Part shown: positions 56,622 to 64,000 of the stretch, in pieces | Numbering within the stretch: the first letter of the stretch is position 1 | Layout of the letters: each line of letters begins with the position of its first letter | Source: Naegleria gruberi | Lineage: Eukaryota | Assembly (NCBI GenBank): GCA_000004985.1 | Contig: GG738854.1 | Length of the DNA: 64,000 nucleotides | Direction: 5' to 3' (one strand) | Made by a program: the position numbers and the translations under genes | The notes under the pieces: model-generated | Told to the model about the DNA's origin: nothing | Database searches by the model: none | Seen by the model: only the letters and a program-made list of their open reading frames with translations

Positions 56622-57735
56622 TCAAAAGACCCAATGCTTATCAACATAAAAGAATGAAACATTTGGATGAGTCGATTGAACAAATTTCAAATATTCACTC
56701 TTCAAACTCCAATAACTTTCTTTATCCAATGGAAGAAACAAAACACAATAATTCTCCCTCGATAATGGATCATCTTTGTGTTCTCTAAAATAACCATCAT
56801 CTCTAAAGAAAACAGTTGATTGAGGACCTTTCTTCCAACTAAAGAAGAATAGTTCCTTCTCCTTTGAAATTGGGTTGAGTAAACGAGAGAGGCAATTTCT
56901 TAAAAGTTCTGAATGCTCGTTGTTGTTTCCAGTTATGGAAATGTCAGAGTTTAGCTCGTTGGTGACCCTATCAAATAAGTTATGAGATAATTCTTGTGGA
57001 TCGTTGTCAGAAGCATTTGAAACTCTTACAATATTTTTTTACAAGTCTAAAAGGCTTGGCTTGGGGACAACAAAAACGGGACATGAAGAAAATTGTTGGA
57101 GGACATTTCTCAAGATGTTGTTGCAATCACCAATAGTGAAATCCTGTGTTGGAAAGCAACCAAAAAGTGAAGAGAGGCACTTCATTGTTGAAGTAGTTTG
57201 GTTTTTTTCAAGAAGTTTGATGAAATTAAAGTTTATTTTGATGAAAGTGTAACGTCTTCTTTCATGGCGCCAACTAATGTAACATGTCTACGTATACAGT
57301 TTCAATCCTCTCTACAAAATACACGACAACGTCACTCGGATTATCACCATCTTCCACAACATTAAACAATGACAAGAATTTTTGAATTTCCTCTTTCAAA
57401 TGAGTTGGTTGACCTAAAATTCGAATCGAAATATTTTGGTCATGTTGATGTTTCACAATCTTGTGAATGGTTTGATGAATATGATCGAAATCTTTTTCTT
57501 TCTGAACGAAAAGAAAGTAATTTTCTGGAATGTTGCTGAATATGGCTTCTTTCTTTCCAAATGAAACAAAAACAACTTTTTCTTCTATTCGAAACTGTAT
57601 CTGAATCTAAAATGAAAGAAACCTACGGTTTTTCTTAAAGCATTCCTCTAAAGTTTCCAAAGATGGTCGGCATTCAGTCTTTTGGGTTGTGTTTCTACTC
57701 CACAAACCACGAAAATTCTGAAGAAAGGTCTGAAA
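56622..57735 (-). CDS. Multi-exon gene absent from the ORF track (its exons lack start codons); function unknown, exon boundaries unresolved
   Basis: Minus-strand open frames: the 56622-about 57005 frame reads (...RVSNASDNDPQELSHNLFDRVTNELNSDISITGNNNEHSELLRNCLSRLLNPISKEKELFFFSWKKGPQSTVFFRDDGYFREHKDDPLSRENYCVLFLPLDKESYWSLKSEYLKFVQSTHPNVSFFYVDKHWVF*); 57274-57560 reads (...KEAIFSNIPENYFLFVQKEKDFDHIHQTIHKIVKHQHDQNISIRILGQPTHLKEEIQKFLSLFNVVEDGDNPSDVVVYFVERIETVYVDMLH*). A possible first exon starts at ATG 57735 (MQIFQTFLQNFRGLW...|GTAGGT). Confidence 0.3.
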
Positions 57736-57981
57736 GATCTGCATGCGTTTTTTTTTTGAGTTTTTATTGTAAACGAGATTTGTGATTCTAATAGCAAACG
57801 TGATGATTTCACGTTTCTTGTTCTTTCATTAGATTCGAATAGAATGGAAACGTGAGAGGTTGCATAGAAATCATGTAGTTAGAATCACGATTCTTTTTCT
57901 ACCTCACACGTTTCCACTAGATTCGAATAACTTAAAAAAAATGGTCTAGTATTGTCATAGACACAGACGCTATTATTAATA

Positions 57982-58668
57982 TTGGAAATCTTTACCAATG
58001 GCTCGAAAAAAAATCATCACTCAGTAAGTTTCTTCCACATTCGTATTTCAATTTTATCAGAACAAAAACCTTTGGTCATTATTACAAACCATGAAAAAAT
58101 CCCCAGCTCAACAAGAATGGAATTAAAGGAATCTCTGTCTAACCTAATCCATGAAAATAGAATTTTCTTTTTTGAAAATCATATCAACTTGGAAACTGAC
58201 ATTCCATCAGAAAAGAACAAAATCATTGACTTGATGTTACAAAAAATTGAGGTTGAAAACATGAAATATAATCCTAACAAAAAGTCTACCAACATTCTTG
58301 TGCTTGGACCTCAACACTCTGGAAAATCTTCAACAATCAACACTTTGGGTAAATATTTCAATAGACGAATCCAAGTTGCAATTTGTGATGTTGGACGAAA
58401 GGCAGATGTTGGCACAGTTCACTATGAAAAATTTCATCTCGGTTCCTCTAATGGTCATGAATATCACATCTTTGATACTGCTGGTAAACCATTCGAAAAG
58501 GGAATGGATGGAAATGATGTGAATCAAATTCAAAAGTTAATGCATGGATTGCCAACAGGTGTAAACTTGTCACTTTCTGAATGGATGAATTCAGAAATTG
58601 TTACAGAAAATGCAGTTGGATTTGTGTTCCTTGTTGTCAGTGCTGAGGTTCTTACAAAGCGTAGATAG
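57982..58668 (+). CDS. P-loop GTPase of the IRG/AIG1 (TRAFAC) type; start uncertain (first ATG at 58114)
   Basis: Walker A LGPQHSGKSSTINTLG and G3 IFDTAGKPFE; overall layout recalls immunity-related/AIG1-like GTPases. The track start is TTG. Confidence 0.5.
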   Translation: MEIFTNGSKKNHHSVSFFHIRISILSEQKPLVIITNHEKIPSSTRMELKESLSNLIHENRIFFFENHINLETDIPSEKNKIIDLMLQKIEVENMKYNPNKKSTNILVLGPQHSGKSSTINTLGKYFNRRIQVAICDVGRKADVGTVHYEKFHLGSSNGHEYHIFDTAGKPFEKGMDGNDVNQIQKLMHGLPTGVNLSLSEWMNSEIVTENAVGFVFLVVSAEVLTKRR

Positions 58669-58849
58669 ATTAGTTATTAAATGAATAAATATGTCATTAG
58701 CAACAGTATTGACCCAACTTTGAAACAAAAGCATCATTCCTTAAAACTGTAATGAAATACACATCGAAAAAGTTGTCGAAACGTGAAAATAAATACCAGT
58801 GAGTAGATATTCTAAACGTGACATCACGTTTCAATTTGGTTCAACAAAA

Positions 58850-59475
58850 AATGTCTGTAACAACTCTCCCAAACCTTCCTCTCAAAATTCTCGGTTGGTG
58901 ATCTTGGTAAATCATCCTTCATCAACACTCTCCTCAAATTTTTCAATCCAAATATTATGGTTGAAACATGTGATGTTGGAAGAAAGGCAGAAGTTGGTAC
59001 CTTACTTTACGAAAGTGTTCCAGTTTCGTCTGCCAACTTGTTGTTGTTTGATTCTGCTGGTAAACCATTCGAAAATCCAGACGACTTGAATACCTTAAAA
59101 TTAATCTTGCAAGGAATCAAGACCGGAACTAATTTAGTGGAAAATTACTTGACAAACAAGATTGACCTCGATAATAGGATTGATGGCGTTATTTTTGTTT
59201 GTAGAGCTTGTGAATGGAATTCTGTTTCTTTACAAAAATTTGTCAAATTCCAAAATGTTGTTAAAGAAACAGATATAAAGGGGCTTCCTTTCAATCCAAT
59301 GATTGTTTTAACACATTTCACAGAGTCAATGTCAGAGAAGCAATTTGTGGATAAAGTTACAAATGCTGTTCCATTTGCATTCTTGGATAATCCAAAAGAT
59401 CTTTCCAAAGATTTGACACCACAAGCTATGGAAGCATGCAAAAGAATTTCAAGACAATTCAAAATATGTAAATAA
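58850..59475 (+). pseudogene. Tandem, N-terminally truncated and frameshifted paralog of the upstream GTPase
   Basis: The frame at 58957-59475 aligns to gene 1 (KFFNPNIMVETCDVGRKAEVGT.. versus KYFNRRIQVAICDVGRKADVGT..; LLFDSAGKPFE). The Walker A glycine is degenerate (SVGDLGKSS), a frame change occurs around 58890-58960, and there is no equivalent of gene 1's N-terminal 100 aa. Confidence 0.4.
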
Positions 59476-59517
59476 TTAATCTCTAAAGCTTCAACAATGG
59501 TTTAAGGCAAAATGAAT

Positions 59518-59590
59518 CGCCCACCGTGGGGGTCGAACCCACGACCACAAGGTTAAGAGCCTTGCGCTCTACCGACTGAGCTAGACGGGC
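59518..59590 (-). tRNA. tRNA-Lys(CTT)
   Basis: The reverse complement GCCCGTCTAGCTCAGTCGGTAGAGCGCAAGGCTCTTAACCTTGTGGTCGTGGGTTCGACCCCCACGGTGGGCG folds as a canonical 73-nt cloverleaf with anticodon CTT. A T-run lies downstream on the minus strand. Confidence 0.9.
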
Positions 59591-59937
59591 CACGTATCAC
59601 GTAAAAATCATGTGAAACTCATCCCTTAGTTACCATCAATATTTAATGCAGTTCTTAATATTTTCACTCAGTCTTCAAAAGTGCAGAAACGACAAGCACA
59701 TTTGTCTGATAAATTGATCTTCATCAATGACAAGGTTACCATTAGAGTCAACTTCAGTTTTGTACAATTCGATACCAGAAATTCTGCCATCCTTATACTC
59801 AAGTTTGAAAGGAGAGAATATTGTAAAATTAATACAATTTTCAAGATTGAACGGGTTACATATTTATGTTGTACTGTTACTTAGGGAGCGACTGCCAAAA
59901 GTTGAACATTGAATAGTTTAAATTATTACAAATTTAT

Positions 59938-60999
<1,062 letters not shown>

Positions 61000-61613
61000 T
61001 TACAGTGTTACCTCACCCAATGTTCATTCAAGTGATGGAAATAGATAACAATAAATTGTTTAAAATTATATCACCCACTTCTTATTCAATTTTAAAATTT
61101 TTAAGAACTTTGAGGTGATATCTTGGAACTATTTTCCTCTCAAAATATTGAAGAATTATTCAAAATTTCAGTCTATTACATCATTTCCTTATAAAAATCT
61201 TCAAAAGAATTACATACAGTTCATCTAATCAGATATGCTGAGACAGGACTTCAATAATCCCCTCTCTACAATCCGAACTACATAACCATTTATCAGGCTT
61301 CCACCAGAAACTTAGGGAGATGCACTGACTTGTGGTCTAGCTCCTTTAATTGGTAATTAATTAACTATTTGTAATTCTCAATACATTTTGCTCTGAAACA
61401 TGGTGTTGGAAAGGAGAAAAGAGAAAATGTATTTGTTATTGTGGTTTAGTTTCTTAATTAATGAAACTGTTGTGTTTCTATTTTTAAAATAATCAGTTTA
61501 ATTTCAATATTGAAACTTGTGCAAGGAACCAACAAGTGAACTTTCTATTCAAATCATTCTAGGTAGCATGTTTTTTAATTGAAATGTTTCTGTTAATATT
61601 TTTTGAATTGCTG

Positions 61614-64000
61614 TTAGTCATCTATTTTATCTAGGGAATGACGTGTATCTACCTCTTCAATTATTTCTTCGTCTTCTGTTTCAGAACTCTCTTCAGAGAT
61701 GGCTATCTCATCATTGTTATCATAGGCCTGTAAATACCTTTTGCTTACTTGTTCTTGTTGGGCGGCATTGATGGAAGCAACAATTTGAGTACCACCCATG
61801 TCGATGGTTGTGATTTGGCTGGGTTGTTGCTGTTGGTGTTGTGATTCAATGAAGGCAAGAGCATTCGTATCGATTTCAATAGTATCCTCCCTGGTGAATC
61901 CAACTTCCTTCATGGTTTGTGCTTCCATTTCCTTCTTTTTGAAATAGGCCATATATGCCTTTGTAGCCATGAGACGAGAGAATGTATCTTGTAAACTTGA
62001 AAGGGTTGATTCTTTCAATTGATCAATTAAATCAGACAAGAAAGCAGCCGTTTGATAATTGATTAATTCAATGCTCCTATTATCCACTCCACTAACATTT
62101 GGTCCCACAACTGGTGGTTGTTGCTGCTCAGTTTTGAAGATGGCATAAAATTTCTTATTGTGATTAAATGTAGAGGAATCTGTGGAGACTGAATATTCAT
62201 CTCCAATATAGGATTCCATAAATGCAGAAATCTTAGTCTTTAGCTCATAAGGTATTGCAACTTCCAAACTAGAACTTGTCTTGACAAATGAATTGTATAT
62301 ATCACAAACTTTCTTATTCATAGTTTGTGGATCTGTCTTGTATTTCTGATCTTTGAGTAATTCCAAAACTTTACAACATCTCTCAAATAAAATTAATAAT
62401 TCCAAAGAAAATTCCTTGCAACAAAACTAAACACATGTTAATGTTGAATTTCAATATAGCAATGAGATCTACCTACCTTATAAATTAACTCTCTTCCCTC
62501 TCCAGTTCTATCACCAATTGTCTTAATTAACAAGACAGTTATTGGATTCTTTCCAGTAATTGTTGCTTTTTTATCTTGCACAGAAGTTCTGGTCTTCCAT
62601 TTTCTTCTCTCCACGATAAGCTGCATAAACACAACAAATCCACTCGTCAATAATACGTAGCAATAATCAAAAAGGAAATACAAGGTACCATGTGTACCCA
62701 ATATAGTCAATTTCAAACTTGTTCTCCAATTTGGTATATCTATCATACCCACTACAAAAGTTGAAATTCCAATTAATAAACTCAAGGAAGTAACTATTAG
62801 GAATTCTGATCTGTAACATAGAGGGTCATCATAATCACTAAAGTACGTTTGAAATCCACAAGAAAGCTCTTCCATTTTCCTTGTTTTCGATAGGACCTTA
62901 CTCATGTATGTGGAAATATTACTATCACCAAAATTGAAAATTCTCTTACAAAAGTCATAGAATAACCATTTCCTGTTAATAAACAAATCAAAAGACAATG
63001 CAATAAATCCTGGAAGTACAAATCCAACAATCAATGCTGCCAGTTTCACATAGCCTATAATAGAGACAACCACTGAGAATGTATCTCCAGAACTAGAATT
63101 GAGTATCCATAAAAAGAATGGTGTTGGTAAATTTACAATAATGATTAGACTGATAATAGCCGACAGGTAAATTCTCTTAGATGCCAACTTGGATAAAAAC
63201 CTCATTTGCATAGTTTTCCTCTTGTAGTTTGATACGAGTCCTTCGTCGTTAAATTCTCCAACTGATATTACTGTATCTTCCATCTTGTCTACAATTCTAA
63301 TAACTCTATATAAATTACGAACAAATGTGTATCTTATCAACGATACCAAATAGAGCATAGCAAGTGTTAAATAATATGAATATTCAATAGCATCATAATT
63401 AAATACTGAATAGATATCGCTGATAACTCCCAACGCATTGAAAATTACACTAATGACAGCACTGATCATGGCTGTGTGAAGTCTACTTTTGACAGGTTGC
63501 TTTTGTCTGTAAATGAAGAGAAATCCTACTACAAGTAATGAAAAAATTCCAACAATGGTATGTCTTACTGCTCTTATGTAATAGTAAATTTGAAACATTG
63601 ATGTTTGATAGATTTGAACGTAGTAATCACAATCTTCATCATAATAATCAACAGAAAAATCTACTTCATGAGCTAAATAATAGGATTGAAGAGAGTCCTT
63701 ATTCATATAGGAATTGAGAAAATCTTGCTGACCTTGCATGGTAGTATTTTTGTATCCTGCGTTAACTATTGGCATGAAATAAATAAAATATTTGTGATCT
63801 GTTGTGTTGTTATTATCCTCAGAGAATGTACGAGTGTTGGGTAAATTCTTTGGTCTGACAATTGAATTCAGTCTCTTTTCAAAGTAAATATATGTTCCTC
63901 CTGTATAGGGCGTTACGTCGTGTATTTGATAGACACAAAACTTGGAATATTCACTATAGGTACCATTCAAATTCACTCTTTCACCAACTGCAGTTGGAGA
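61614..64000 (-). CDS. Seven-TM receptor-like protein fused to a C-terminal RGS-like domain; 5'-truncated by the window end
   Basis: Exon A from at least 64000 to 62477 has an extracellular N-terminal domain then about 7 hydrophobic helices, and ends ...LIYK|GTAGGT. A 62-nt intron spans 62415-62476 (...ttgcaag). Exon B 62414-61614 (EFSLELLILFERCCKVLELLKDQ...CDIYNSFVKTSSSLEVAIPYELKTKISAFMESY...) is the RGS-like region. The frame is still open at the window edge. Confidence 0.55.

Noticed and set aside
57998-58060. Mini first exon (ATG at 57998, donor GTAAGT at 58024, acceptor tatcag at 58060) for the GTPase gene
   Set aside because: Joining it to the downstream ORF puts a stop codon in frame, so the GTPase more likely starts at the Met at 58114 or uses an unidentified upstream exon.

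Overview
Compact, AT-rich eukaryotic nuclear DNA (roughly 30-35% GC) read with the standard genetic code. Spliceosomal GT-AG introns of 38-193 nt use GTAAGT/GTATGT/GTAGGT donor sites. It is not prokaryotic: a 4-repeat polyubiquitin gene, three tRNA genes (two carrying a 10-nt anticodon-loop intron), no operons, no CRISPR array, and no recognisable transposon. About 40 protein-coding genes are packed roughly one per 1.6 kb on both strands. The ORF track appears to start ORFs at ATG, TTG or GTG, so several listed N-termini are artefacts; I moved starts to the first ATG where a check of the start codon showed this was needed. Confident calls are Cullin-3 (2 exons), an adjacent F-box protein, a TALE homeodomain protein transcribed divergently from Cul3, a TBC Rab-GAP, glutamate dehydrogenase (3 exons), Sec13, a Trk/HKT-type K+ transporter, a RidA/YjgF protein, a bacterial-type hemerythrin, a metallophosphoesterase, an MDR-family NADP oxidoreductase, a 2OG-Fe(II) oxygenase, two paralogous NHL-repeat+BTB proteins, two transmembrane RGS-domain proteins, a tandem pair of IRG/AIG1-like P-loop GTPases, a PhoPQ-related (PqaA-like) secreted protein, tRNA-Leu(AAG) x2 and tRNA-Lys(CTT). 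The most interesting item is a divergently arranged pair of paralogous miniature DEG/ENaC/ASIC-like channel genes (46345-47472 minus, 48011-49177 plus). Both keep the post-TM1 FPA(I/V)(S/T)ICNWN strand and the pre-TM2/TM2 LLGEI(S/A)G segment but have a much reduced ectodomain, and they sit in a genome that also encodes a Trk transporter, so it is apparently non-metazoan. The organism cannot be named from sequence alone; gene content is compatible with an AT-rich protist or early-diverging fungus.
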